A stretch of 34,431 bases of DNA. Origin: Nitriliruptorales bacterium. Its GTDB lineage: Bacteria; Actinomycetota; Nitriliruptoria; Nitriliruptorales; JAHWKO01. Positions within the stretch are counted from its first letter, which is position 1, and each line of letters begins with the position of its first letter. A program made the position numbers and the translations under genes. The notes beneath the pieces are model-generated. The model was given only the letters and a program-made list of their open reading frames with translations. It made no database searches and was not told the origin of the DNA. Positions 16,156 to 24,900 of this stretch are shown here, piece after piece. The DNA is taken from positions 1 to 34,431 of the forward strand of contig JBOHEE010000024.1 of NCBI GenBank assembly GCA_050700895.1, in the 5' to 3' direction.

Positions 16156-16428
16156 TCAGCCGACCTTCGTCGGCGCGCGCAGCAGCGCGAGTCGGTGACG
16201 GTTCGCATCCCGGATCCGCAACCGCTCCGCCGGCGTCATGCCGCCCCAGATCCCCTCGGTTTCGCCGTTCACGACCGCGAACTCGAGGCAGTCCAGGCGG
16301 ACCATGCAGCGGGCACAGACCTCCTTCGCCTGGAGGACCTGCCGCTCGCTCTCCGGGCCGGAGGCCCCGAGGGGGAAGAACAGCTCGGGGTCCTCGGTGC
16401 GACAGGCGGCGCGCGTCCGCCACTCCAT
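16156..16428 (-). CDS. WhiB-family (Wbl) Fe-S transcriptional regulator
   Basis: [19 protein letters not shown]....C..C.V...C contributes four Cys, followed by the GIWGG turn and a basic C-terminal tail. An AGGAGAGG RBS precedes ATG 16428. Confidence 0.9.
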   Translation of the reverse strand: MEWRTRAACRTEDPELFFPLGASGPESERQVLQAKEVCARCMVRLDCLEFAVVNGETEGIWGGMTPAERLRIRDANRHRLALLRAPTKVG

Positions 16429-16600
16429 GGCACCTCTCCTTTCGCGGCATTCCACGCGGGACCGGGCGCGGCCGCCAGGTCCCGCGGACAGTGAAACCGT
16501 GTCTGACTACTCTCCGCTACTACGAACGGCCACCGTCCGCCGAATCGGCCATTGCCGCACGTCGGCCGTAGTTTGTCCCAGGGACGGGCAAGGAGGCCTC

Positions 16601-17086
16601 ATGGAGCGCGTGGAGCGAAGCGACGCAGAGTGGCGGCAACGCCTCACCCAGGAGCAGTACCGCATCACCCGGGAAGGAGGCACTGAGCCCGCCTTCACCG
16701 GGGGGTACTGGGACGAGAAGGGCGTCGGCACCTATCGCTGCATCGCCTGCGGCGCAGCGCTGTTCTCCTCGGAGACGAAGTACGACTCCGGCACGGGCTG
16801 GCCGAGCTTCTGGGAGCCGGTCGAGGACGAGACCGTGACGCTCGAGCCCGACACGAGCCTCGGGACGGTGCGGACCGAGGTGCGCTGCGCCCGCTGCGGG
16901 TCGCATCTCGGCCACGTCTTCGAGGACGGCCCGGACCCGACGGGACTGCGCTACTGCATCAACTCGGCGGCGCTCGACCTCGAGCGGGACGAGGAGGAGT
17001 GGCGCGTTCGCCCTAGCCGGCGGCCGTGGCCTCCGCCCGGATCGAGGCCGTATCGGGGTCGACGGGCTCGCGTTCGGGGTACGTGA
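16601..17086 (+). CDS. msrB: Peptide-methionine (R)-S-oxide reductase
   Basis: Two CxxC zinc pairs ([20 protein letters not shown]), GTGWPSF and the catalytic RYCINS are present. An AAGGAGG RBS precedes ATG 16601. The Arg/Pro-rich last ~30 aa is read-through into the convergent gene. Confidence 0.9.
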   Translation: MERVERSDAEWRQRLTQEQYRITREGGTEPAFTGGYWDEKGVGTYRCIACGAALFSSETKYDSGTGWPSFWEPVEDETVTLEPDTSLGTVRTEVRCARCGSHLGHVFEDGPDPTGLRYCINSAALDLERDEEEWRVRPSRRPWPPPGSRPYRGRRARVRGT

Positions 17087-19241
17087 TCCGCGGGTGGTAG
17101 ACGCCGACGAGGGTGTCGATGAACGACGCCTTCGCCGCGGCGAGGTCCTGGAAGGTGAGCGTGCTCTCGTCGAGTTGACCGTCGTCGACACGGTCGGCGA
17201 AGAGCGCCTCGACGAGTTTCTCGAGCTGGTCCCGCGTGAGGTTGCGGTCGTTCTGGGCCGCCGCCCGACTCGCCGCCTCGCAGCAGTCGGCGAGCATGAG
17301 GACCGCCGTCTCCCTCGTGGCCGGTCTGCGGCCCTTGTAGCGGAACACCTCCTGGTCCACCTGCTGCCCAGGTCCGGCCCGCCGTACGGCCTCGAGGTAG
17401 AAGAACGTGACAAGCGTGGTGCCGTGGTGCGTCGCGATGCCGTCGACGACCTCCGGTGGCAGGTGGTAGCGGCGTGCCATGCGGATCCCGTCGGTGACAT
17501 GCTCGTGGATGATCACCGCGGAGACCTCGGGCTCGAGGTCCTCGTGGGGGTTCGGGACGCCGAACTGGTTCTCGACGAAGAAGTACGGCCGCTGGACCTT
17601 GCCGATGTCGTGGTAGAGGGCGGCGACCGAACCGAGCAGCGCGTCGGCGCCGACCGCCCGGCACGCGCGTTCGACGAGCGTCGAGACCACGATCGAGTGG
17701 TTGTAGGAGCCGAGGGCCCTCTGCTCGAGTTCCCTGAGCAACGGGTGGTTGCGGTCGGCGAGGTCGATGAGGCTCGTCGCGGTCACGATCCCGAACCACG
17801 ACTCCACGAACGGCAGCCCGCCGAGGACGATGACCGCCGACAAGGCCGCGTGTCCGACCCCGGCGAAGACCGCGAGCGGCACGTCGCCGAGGTCGCCGAA
17901 CACCGCGGCGGAGGTGCCTGCGAGCAGGACGTAGCCGCTCCCGGCGAGGAGCGTCGCCCGGCGGAGGTCTCCGCGAGCCGACAGCCGGGTGACGAAGGGG
18001 ACGCTGAGGAGGCTCGCCGCGGCGGTGAAGGCGATGAGACCCGGCGTCTCGGGTGCGAGGAAGGCGACGACGAGCGTGACCGGGACGGCGACGAGGGCGC
18101 CGACGGATCCGCCGAGGAGGATGGTCACGAGCATCGCGAGCGCCCCGACCGGCCAGGCGTAGAGCCACACCGGCTCGCGGACGAGCAGGGCGGCTGCGAG
18201 CGACAGCACGGCCGTGAACCCGTACATCAACGCGACCAGGAGGAGCAGCCTGCGGTTGGAGCGCCAGATCCGGTCGCGGTAGGTGCGCAGGAAGGTCGCG
18301 ACCACCGCCAGCCCGATCACCGTCAGCCCGAGCGCGCGGAGGAACTCCCAGCGCGGATTCGAACCGGCGAGGCCGAGCCGGCGGAGCGCCTCGACCTGGT
18401 TCGCCGTGGCGACCTCGCCTGCCGTGATCACCGCCGCCCCGCCCGGGAAGACCTGCACCACCTCGGCCACGTTCTCGCGTGCGGCGCTCCGGGCGCTCTC
18501 CGTCTCCGCCTCGTCGATCGTGACCGTCGCCTGCATCGCCTCGCGGATCATCGGGCCGACGACCTGCTCCTCCACGTCCGCCGGCATGTCGCGGACGGCG
18601 AGCTCGGTCTGGAGGCCCTGGAGCACGACCTGGCCCAGCTCCTCCGGCCGGATGCGCTGGCGGGCGAGCTGCTGGGCGATGTCGACCGTCTGCCCGGCCA
18701 CCTCGTCGAGGGGTGCGTCGCCGAGGTTCACGAGGACCGTGAGGGCCTGGGTGTCGAGTGGCAAGCGGCCCTCCAGCGCCGCGACCTGCTCCTCCTTGGA
18801 CGGCGGGGACGGGTTCGCCGGTGACGGGTCCCCGGGTCGGTCGGCCTGCGCCGCGGGCTTGCGCACGTCGCGTACCCGTGCGAACCAGTCCCGTACCTGC
18901 GACACGACCGCGGTCTGGGCCTCGGGGTCGAAGACGACGATCGGGCGGACCGCGTCGGCGGCCTCCCGCCTCGCCCGCTCCGTCGCCTCCTCGTCGGAGA
19001 CCCGCTGGGTGCCTGGCGCGATGACGGTCCGCGGCGACGCCTGGCCCTCGACGATCGGCGTCTCGGAGGAGAAGGCCGGGTAGCCGAGGAGGGTCGGGAC
19101 GCCGACGAGGACGATCGCGACGATGGCGACACGCACCGCCCGGTACCGCCGCACGAGATTGTCCACGACCGAGGCGCCTTCCGTTCGGACCGTGGCGGAC
19201 AACAGATGGTGCCTCTTATCCCGCCGGGACGCTCGGGACAC
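17013..19241 (-). CDS. 7TM-receptor HD/HDIG phosphohydrolase (PgpH/YqfF-like)
   Basis: An N-terminal extracellular domain is followed by about seven TM helices and a C-terminal HD domain ([11 protein letters not shown]...LYHDIGK...HEHVTDG...HHG). An alternative start is GTG 19166. Confidence 0.85.
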   Translation of the reverse strand: MSRASRRDKRHHLLSATVRTEGASVVDNLVRRYRAVRVAIVAIVLVGVPTLLGYPAFSSETPIVEGQASPRTVIAPGTQRVSDEEATERARREAADAVRPIVVFDPEAQTAVVSQVRDWFARVRDVRKPAAQADRPGDPSPANPSPPSKEEQVAALEGRLPLDTQALTVLVNLGDAPLDEVAGQTVDIAQQLARQRIRPEELGQVVLQGLQTELAVRDMPADVEEQVVGPMIREAMQATVTIDEAETESARSAARENVAEVVQVFPGGAAVITAGEVATANQVEALRRLGLAGSNPRWEFLRALGLTVIGLAVVATFLRTYRDRIWRSNRRLLLLVALMYGFTAVLSLAAALLVREPVWLYAWPVGALAMLVTILLGGSVGALVAVPVTLVVAFLAPETPGLIAFTAAASLLSVPFVTRLSARGDLRRATLLAGSGYVLLAGTSAAVFGDLGDVPLAVFAGVGHAALSAVIVLGGLPFVESWFGIVTATSLIDLADRNHPLLRELEQRALGSYNHSIVVSTLVERACRAVGADALLGSVAALYHDIGKVQRPYFFVENQFGVPNPHEDLEPEVSAVIIHEHVTDGIRMARRYHLPPEVVDGIATHHGTTLVTFFYLEAVRRAGPGQQVDQEVFRYKGRRPATRETAVLMLADCCEAASRAAAQNDRNLTRDQLEKLVEALFADRVDDGQLDESTLTFQDLAAAKASFIDTLVGVYHPRITYPEREPVDPDTASIRAEATAAG

Positions 19242-19328
19242 TCAGCCAGGAACGTGAACCGGAGATCCTAGGCCGGTGTCGGTGGCGTGTCCGACTACCC
19301 TCCCCGCACCTCGCGAGGAGACCGGACG

Positions 19329-20387
19329 GTGCCCGAAGAGTCGCTGCTCCGCAACCGCATCGTCCGAATCGGTGTCGTTTCCTGGGCCGGGCTCGGGATC
19401 GTGCTCGTGCTCGTCCTCGCCGGCGTCGTCTTCGCTCGAGTCTCGATCGTGACCGTCCCCCTTGTCCTTGCGCTCTTCCCGGCGGCGGTGCTCGTGCCGG
19501 TCAGTCGCCGCCTCGAGGACCGCGGGCTCAGCCGGACGGGCGCGAGCATCGCCACGTTCGTGCTCGCGCTCGTGGTCCTCGGGTTCACCATCGCCCTGGT
19601 CGTCAACCGCGTCGAGGCCCAGGCGGGAGACCTCGCGGACAGGCTCCGCACCGGCTACGCCCAGCTGCGCGACAGCCTGCTCGACGGCGTGCTCGGGCTG
19701 CCGGCGATCGACCTCGAGGCTCTCCTGTCCGACATGGGGGAGGGGTTGTCGCGGGAATTCGGCGGCGGGCGGGCGCTGGAGGCCCTCGCCACCACCGTCG
19801 AGGGGTTCGCGGCCGTCGTCCTCGGGCTCATCGCGCTCTTCTTCTACGTGCGTGACGGCGACCGGATCGCGGCGTGGCTCCGCGACCTCCTTCCCGCGTC
19901 CTGGCGGGACGACGCCTCCGCGGTCGGCGAGCGGGTGTGGACGACCGTCGGCGGCTACATCCGCGGCCAGACGTTGATCGCGCTCATCGACGCGGTGCTG
20001 ATCGGGATCGGCCTCGCGATCCTCCAGGTGCCGCTCGCGCTGGTGCTCGCGGTCCTCGTGTTCATCGGCGGCTTCGTTCCCATCGTCGGCGCGTTCGTCG
20101 CCGGTGCGGTGGCCGTGCTCGTCGCCCTCGCCGCGCAGGGGGTCGTCGTCGCCCTGATCGCGCTTGCGGTCATCGTCGGCGTCCAGCAGCTCGAAGGTCA
20201 CCTCCTGGCACCGCTGATCCTCGGCCGGACGACCGCCCTGCACCCGCTCGCGGTTCTGGTCGTCCTGACGGCCGGAGCGGCTCTGTGGGGAATCCTGGGC
20301 GCGATCCTGTCCGTCCCGGTCGCGGCGAGCATCGCCCGCAGCGTCGGCTACCTCCGCTCCCGCTCGGAAACGTCGCCGGCCGTCTAG
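19329..20387 (+). CDS. AI-2E family transporter (PerM/UPF0118)
   Basis: A multi-TM protein carrying the family's C-terminal pattern (GGFVPIVGAFVAGAVAVLVAL...QQLEGHLLAPLILGR...LHPLAVLV...LWGILGAILSVPV). GTG 19329 has a GAGGAG RBS 8 nt upstream. The ORF track starts at GTG 19287. Confidence 0.85.
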   Translation: MPEESLLRNRIVRIGVVSWAGLGIVLVLVLAGVVFARVSIVTVPLVLALFPAAVLVPVSRRLEDRGLSRTGASIATFVLALVVLGFTIALVVNRVEAQAGDLADRLRTGYAQLRDSLLDGVLGLPAIDLEALLSDMGEGLSREFGGGRALEALATTVEGFAAVVLGLIALFFYVRDGDRIAAWLRDLLPASWRDDASAVGERVWTTVGGYIRGQTLIALIDAVLIGIGLAILQVPLALVLAVLVFIGGFVPIVGAFVAGAVAVLVALAAQGVVVALIALAVIVGVQQLEGHLLAPLILGRTTALHPLAVLVVLTAGAALWGILGAILSVPVAASIARSVGYLRSRSETSPAV

Positions 20388-20512
20388 TCCGGCGCCGCGG
20401 GGTCGAAGCTGCCGTGGCGTCCCGCTCCGGCCGCGAAACGTCGCCGGCCGTCTAGTCCGGCGCCGCGGGGTCGAAGCTGCCGTGGCGTCCCGCCCCGGCC
20501 GCGAAACGTCGC
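20367..20512. repeat. Tandem duplication, 2 x 68 bp (1 mismatch) plus a 10-bp third start
   Basis: Units 20367-20434 and 20435-20502 differ only at 20426/20494 (T/C). GAAACGTCGC begins each unit and recurs at 20503. The units contain the stop of the AI-2E gene and the last 16 codons plus stop of the convergent hydratase gene. Confidence 0.95.
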
Positions 20513-21237
20513 GCTCCCTCGACCGTCTCGCCGCTCGCGATCGTCGTCACGCCGATTGCGTGCTCGTTCATGAGCGCCTCCGCGAGACCGAGCCCGAAGC
20601 TCTCGTGGGCGCTGCGGCGGTCGTTGCGGAGGCAGCGCTGGGGGAACGCGGCGATGTCATGGGCCAGCGCGACCGCCTCGGCGAGCGCCTCCCCGGGCGG
20701 GACGAGGCGGTTCGCCAGACCGAGCGCCGCCGCCTCCCTGCCGTCGACAGGGCGACCCGTGAGGATGAGGTCCAGCGCGGCACTGAGGCCGATCAGGCGG
20801 GGGAGACGGACCGTGCCGCCGTCCATCAGGGGCACACCCCAGCGGCGGCAGAAGACGCCCAGGACCGCGTCCTCGGCGACGACGCGGAGGTCGCACCAGA
20901 GGGCGAGCTCGAGCCCGCCGGCGACCGCATGTCCCTCCACCGCGGCGACGACCGGCTTGTCGAGAAGCAGTCGCGTGGGACCCATCGGGGCGTGCTCGCC
21001 GGCCTCGACCCGGTTCGCCCGCTCGTCCCCGGAAGACACCGCGCCGAGGTCGGCGCCGGAGCAGAACGCGCCGCCCGCGCCGGTCAGGACGGCGACGGAG
21101 AGGTCGCCGTCGGCGTCGAAGTCCCGGAAGGCCGCTTCGAGCGCATCGGCCGTGGGCCGGTCGACCGCGTTCCTCACCTCCGGCCGGTCGATCGCCACCA
21201 CGAGAACTGGCCCGTCACGCTCCGTCCGTATGCCCAT
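20452..21237 (-). CDS. Enoyl-CoA hydratase/isomerase (crotonase) family protein
   Basis: Motifs seen: VLVVAIDRPEVRNAVD, VAVLTGAGGAFCSGADL, AAVEGHAVAGGLELALWCDLRV and the crotonase oxyanion-hole elements. Confidence 0.9.
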   Translation of the reverse strand: MGIRTERDGPVLVVAIDRPEVRNAVDRPTADALEAAFRDFDADGDLSVAVLTGAGGAFCSGADLGAVSSGDERANRVEAGEHAPMGPTRLLLDKPVVAAVEGHAVAGGLELALWCDLRVVAEDAVLGVFCRRWGVPLMDGGTVRLPRLIGLSAALDLILTGRPVDGREAAALGLANRLVPPGEALAEAVALAHDIAAFPQRCLRNDRRSAHESFGLGLAEALMNEHAIGVTTIASGETVEGARRFAAGAGRHGSFDPAAPD

Positions 21238-21417
21238 GTGTCACCTCGGTGTCGCTGAGTCCATCCTCGCAGAGGAGGATCGTGAGCCGAACGGGCATCA
21301 TCCTGCCTGGACGGTTCACGATCGCGTGCCGGGGCCGTGGTGCGCCGCAGGCAGGACTGGCGTACCGTCACGGTGAAGGCCTATGCCGACCACGCAGGGC
21401 GACACCGGGGAGGAACG

Positions 21418-23202
21418 ATGCGCGAGTACACGACGCCAGGAGAAGTCCAGCTTCCCGAGGGGGCGAACCTCCTCCATCCGCTCTGGCACCACGCCTCGGA
21501 GACCCCCGACCGGCCCCTGCTCGCCTACCGCGACGGCGACCGGTTCGTCGACGTCACCGCGGCGCAGTTCGCGGCCCGCGTCCAGCAGCTCGCCCGCGGG
21601 CTGGTCGGTCTCGGCGTCGAGGCCGACGAGCGGGTCGCGATCATGTCCTCGACCCGGATCGAGTGGACCTACCTCGACTACGCGATCCTCGCGGCCGGGG
21701 CGGCGACGGTGCCGATCTACGAGACGTCGTCTCCGGACCAGATCGAATGGATCCTGTCCGACAGCGGCGCGAGGTTCGCGTTCTTCGCCACCGACGACCT
21801 CTACAAGCAGTACCTCGAGATCGCCGACCGCGTCCCCCTCGACCGCACCTTCGTGATCGACCAGGGCGGCCTCGAGGAGGTCGACGCGGCCGGGGAGGGC
21901 GTCGACCACACGGTGCTCGAGCTGCGCGGCGAGCAGATCGGTCCGGAGACGCTGGCGACGATCATCTACACGTCGGGAACCATGGGACGGCCCAAGGGCT
22001 GCATCGCCACGCACGGCAACTACCGCTGGGACGCGATCCAGGCGGTCGCGAACCTCGAGGAGCTCTTCACGCCGTCGGACAGGACCCTGCTGTTCCTGCC
22101 CCTCGCACACTCGTTCGCCAAGCTCATCCAGGTCGGCAGCATCGAGGCGGGGGTGACGATCGGCTACGCGACGAGCCCGCAGCACCTCATCGAGGAGCTG
22201 CCGCTCTTCAAGCCGACCTTCCTCCTGTCGGTGCCGCGCATCTGGGAGAAGGTCTACAACGGGGCCGTCGCGAAGGCGAACGAGGAAGGCAAGGGCAAGA
22301 TCTTCCAGCGTGCGGTCGACGTCGCGGTGAAGTACTCACGGGGCCAGCAGAAGGGCAGCGTCGGCCTCGGCACGAGGATCCAGCACGCGATCTTCGACCG
22401 GCTCGTCTACTCGCGGCTGCGCGAGCGTCTGGGCGGCGAGCTGCGCAACGCGGTGTCCGGCGGTGCCGCACTCGGCGAACGGCTCGGCCACTTCTACAAC
22501 GGCATCGGGGTGACGGTCCTCGAGGGCTACGGGCTCACCGAGACCTCGGCCGGGGCGACCTCCAACCGCCCGGACAGCTTCCGCATCGGCTCGGTCGGCC
22601 GGCCGTTCCCGGGCTGCACGGTCCGTATCGGCGACGATGGCGAGGTCCTCATCAAGGGCGGCAACGTCTTCAAGGGGTACTGGCAGAACGAGGAGGCCAC
22701 GAAGGAGGACCTCGACGACGAGGGCTGGTTCTACTCGGGAGACGTCGGCGAGCTCGACGACGACGGCTTCCTCTACATCACCGGGCGCAAGAAGGAGCTG
22801 ATCGTCACGGCCGGCGGGAAGAACGTGGCGCCGAACGTCCTCGAGGACGGCCTGCGGTCGCACCGGCTCGTGAGCCAGTCGATGGTGGTCGGCGACGACA
22901 AGCCGTTCATCGCGGCGCTCGTCACGATCGACCCCGAGGAGTTTCCCCGCTGGGCCGAGCAGCACGGCAAGGCCGGCAAGTCGGTGTCGGACGTGACCGA
23001 CGACCCCGACCTCCGCGCGGAGATCGAGGGGGCGATCGCGAACGCGAACAAGTCCGTGTCGCGGGCGGAGTCGATCCGGGAGTTCCGCATCCTGCCGGAG
23101 GACTTCACCATCGAGGGCGGCGAGCTCACCCCGACCCTCAAGGTGAAGCGCCGCGTCGTCGCCGACAAGTACGCCCACGTCATCGACGACATCTACCCGT
23201 AG
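21418..23202 (+). CDS. Long-chain fatty-acid--CoA ligase (AMP-dependent synthetase, FadD15-like)
   Basis: The AMP-binding motif IIYTSGTMGRPKG, plus GYGLTETS, GWFYSGDVGELDDDGFLYITGRKKELIVTAGGKNVAP and the C-terminal LTPTLKVKRRVV are present. A GGGGAGGAAC RBS precedes ATG 21418. Confidence 0.9.
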   Translation: MREYTTPGEVQLPEGANLLHPLWHHASETPDRPLLAYRDGDRFVDVTAAQFAARVQQLARGLVGLGVEADERVAIMSSTRIEWTYLDYAILAAGAATVPIYETSSPDQIEWILSDSGARFAFFATDDLYKQYLEIADRVPLDRTFVIDQGGLEEVDAAGEGVDHTVLELRGEQIGPETLATIIYTSGTMGRPKGCIATHGNYRWDAIQAVANLEELFTPSDRTLLFLPLAHSFAKLIQVGSIEAGVTIGYATSPQHLIEELPLFKPTFLLSVPRIWEKVYNGAVAKANEEGKGKIFQRAVDVAVKYSRGQQKGSVGLGTRIQHAIFDRLVYSRLRERLGGELRNAVSGGAALGERLGHFYNGIGVTVLEGYGLTETSAGATSNRPDSFRIGSVGRPFPGCTVRIGDDGEVLIKGGNVFKGYWQNEEATKEDLDDEGWFYSGDVGELDDDGFLYITGRKKELIVTAGGKNVAPNVLEDGLRSHRLVSQSMVVGDDKPFIAALVTIDPEEFPRWAEQHGKAGKSVSDVTDDPDLRAEIEGAIANANKSVSRAESIREFRILPEDFTIEGGELTPTLKVKRRVVADKYAHVIDDIYP

Positions 23203-23214
23203 GGCCGAGCCGTC

Positions 23215-23257
23215 GTGTGAGCATCTGTTTCCACCCCTCGGAACTGGATGCTCACAC
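23215..23257. terminator. Candidate bidirectional terminator hairpin (11-bp perfect stem)
   Basis: GTGTGAGCATC (23215-23225) pairs with GATGCTCACAC (23247-23257). The 21-nt loop has an inner TTCC/GGAA pair. The hairpin lies in the 65-nt gap between two convergent stop codons. Confidence 0.45.
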
Positions 23258-23267
23258 AACCGGGGGA

Positions 23268-24653
23268 TTACGCGGGGGGGTCGTAGACGGGTTCGCGCTC
23301 GAACCACCACTTGCGGTCGAGTTCGCCGAGCTCGGTCGCAGGCGCGGCCTCGTCGACGTACTCGGCGCGGATCCCGCGCCAGTTGGCCGTCGCCCGGAGC
23401 CGACCGAGCACGCTGTTGATGCCCCAGTGGATGCGGTTCAGCAGGAGGTAGTCGGGCGGGAGGTTGAGGGCACGGAGGACGCGCAGGTAGGGGCTTCGGG
23501 GGTGTGAGGTCGAGCGGATGACCTCGGTGGCGAAGTCGGGGGTGAACGTGAACGGCTGCTGCGCGACGACCGGCCGCATGTAGAGCCGGAACCACTCGAG
23601 CATGCGCTCCGCGTCGATCTCGGCGCGGGTCGGGAGGAAGCCCGACTCGTGGAGCTGGGCCTCCAGCTCCTCGGCGTCGCCGTCGAGGACCGCGGCGTTC
23701 GTGCGCACCATGTGGTCGAAGCGCTCCCGGGTGAACATCTTCACCGACCCGTAGTCGAGGAACGCGATCCGCCCGTCGCTCTCGTAGAGGTAGTTGCCCG
23801 GGTGGGGGTCGCCGTTGAAGAGCCGGAAGCGCTCGATCGAGCCGAACGCATAGCGGAAGATGATCTCGCCGAGGCGCTGCTTCTCCTCCTCGGTGCCTTC
23901 CGTCGCGATCTGGCCGAAGGTGCGGCCGCGCACCCGCTCGGCGACGAGCACCCGACCTCGGCACATGTCGCCGATGATCTCCGGCACGTGGATGAAGGGA
24001 TGCCCCTTGTAGCGGTTCGCGAACGCGCGCTGGTAGGTCGCCTCCCGCTCGTAGTCGAGTTCGTCGCCGACCCGTTCGCGAAGCTCGTCGATGAGCGGCT
24101 CCACCTCGAGGTGGGGCGAGATGAGGCGCGCCAGAGGTGCGAAGACCTCGGCGTTGCGCAGGTCGGCGCGGACGGCCTCGGCCACGCCCGGGTACTGCAC
24201 CTTCACCACGACGTCGGTCCCGTCGTCGAGACGGGCCGCGTGCACCTGCCCGATCGACGCGGCGGCGAGCGGCCGCGGGTCCCATTCGGCGAAGACGACC
24301 TCCGCCGGCGCCCCGTAGTCGTCCTGGACGACCTGGGCGATGACGGCCGGATCCATCGGCGGCGCGTCGTCGCGCAGCTTCGCGAGGGCGTCGTGGTAGA
24401 CGGTACGGACGTCGTCGGGGAGGTCGACGTCGACGAAGCTCAGGAGCTGCCCGAGCTTCATCGCCGCGCCCTTCATGTCGCCGAGGACGTCGGCGAGCGT
24501 CTCGGCGGTGATCTCGTGGAATCGCTGCGGGTCCACCTCGCCGCCGGCGGCCTGCCGCGCACGTGCGGCGGCGAGGCCCGCTGCGGACCTGAGGCCCGCG
24601 TTCGCCAGCCGTGCGCCGCGACCGAACCGCCCCCCGAGGCCCTTTCGTGGCAC
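23268..24653 (-). CDS. ABC1/UbiB/AarF-family atypical protein kinase
   Basis: Motifs seen: GAAMKLGQLLS, PLAAASIGQVHAARL.DG..VVVKVQYPGV and FNGDPHPGNYLY...IAFLDYG, all typical of the ABC1/ADCK family. Confidence 0.88.
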   Translation of the reverse strand: MPRKGLGGRFGRGARLANAGLRSAAGLAAARARQAAGGEVDPQRFHEITAETLADVLGDMKGAAMKLGQLLSFVDVDLPDDVRTVYHDALAKLRDDAPPMDPAVIAQVVQDDYGAPAEVVFAEWDPRPLAAASIGQVHAARLDDGTDVVVKVQYPGVAEAVRADLRNAEVFAPLARLISPHLEVEPLIDELRERVGDELDYEREATYQRAFANRYKGHPFIHVPEIIGDMCRGRVLVAERVRGRTFGQIATEGTEEEKQRLGEIIFRYAFGSIERFRLFNGDPHPGNYLYESDGRIAFLDYGSVKMFTRERFDHMVRTNAAVLDGDAEELEAQLHESGFLPTRAEIDAERMLEWFRLYMRPVVAQQPFTFTPDFATEVIRSTSHPRSPYLRVLRALNLPPDYLLLNRIHWGINSVLGRLRATANWRGIRAEYVDEAAPATELGELDRKWWFEREPVYDPPA

Positions 24654-24660
24654 GGTCCGG

Positions 24661-24849
24661 CTACTCCGCCGGCTCGGCGAGCGGGTGGCCCTCCGCCCTC
24701 GCGTCGTCGAGGCGCCGCTTCAGCTCCTCGCGACGGTCATCGGTCAGGCAGTCGCAGCCGACCTCGTGATTCTTGTAGTGGCCCACGTTCTCGCGATGGG
24801 TGGGGCACGCCGCGACCTCGAGGCGGGTGATGGGCTGGGATCGTGGCAT
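24661..24849 (-). CDS. Small hypothetical protein (62 aa) with Cys/His cluster
   Basis: Third-position GC is high. The ORF is tightly packed between ychF (51 nt upstream) and the ABC1 kinase (7 nt downstream), with a purine-rich GGAAGAGG before the ATG. The cluster reads CPTH-x5-H-x3-H-x3-CDC. I did not recognise a family. Confidence 0.55.
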   Translation of the reverse strand: MPRSQPITRLEVAACPTHRENVGHYKNHEVGCDCLTDDRREELKRRLDDARAEGHPLAEPAE

Positions 24850-24900
24850 GTCCTCTTCCGCTCTCGACGCCCCCGGTCCCGGGCGCGACCCGGGCGGAAC

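Noticed and set aside
17013-17086. 74-nt convergent coding overlap between msrB and the PgpH-like gene
   Set aside because: The MsrB domain ends near 16985. The overlapping tail ([28 protein letters not shown]) is low-complexity read-through caused by the lack of a stop codon opposite a real gene, not a functional dual-coding segment.
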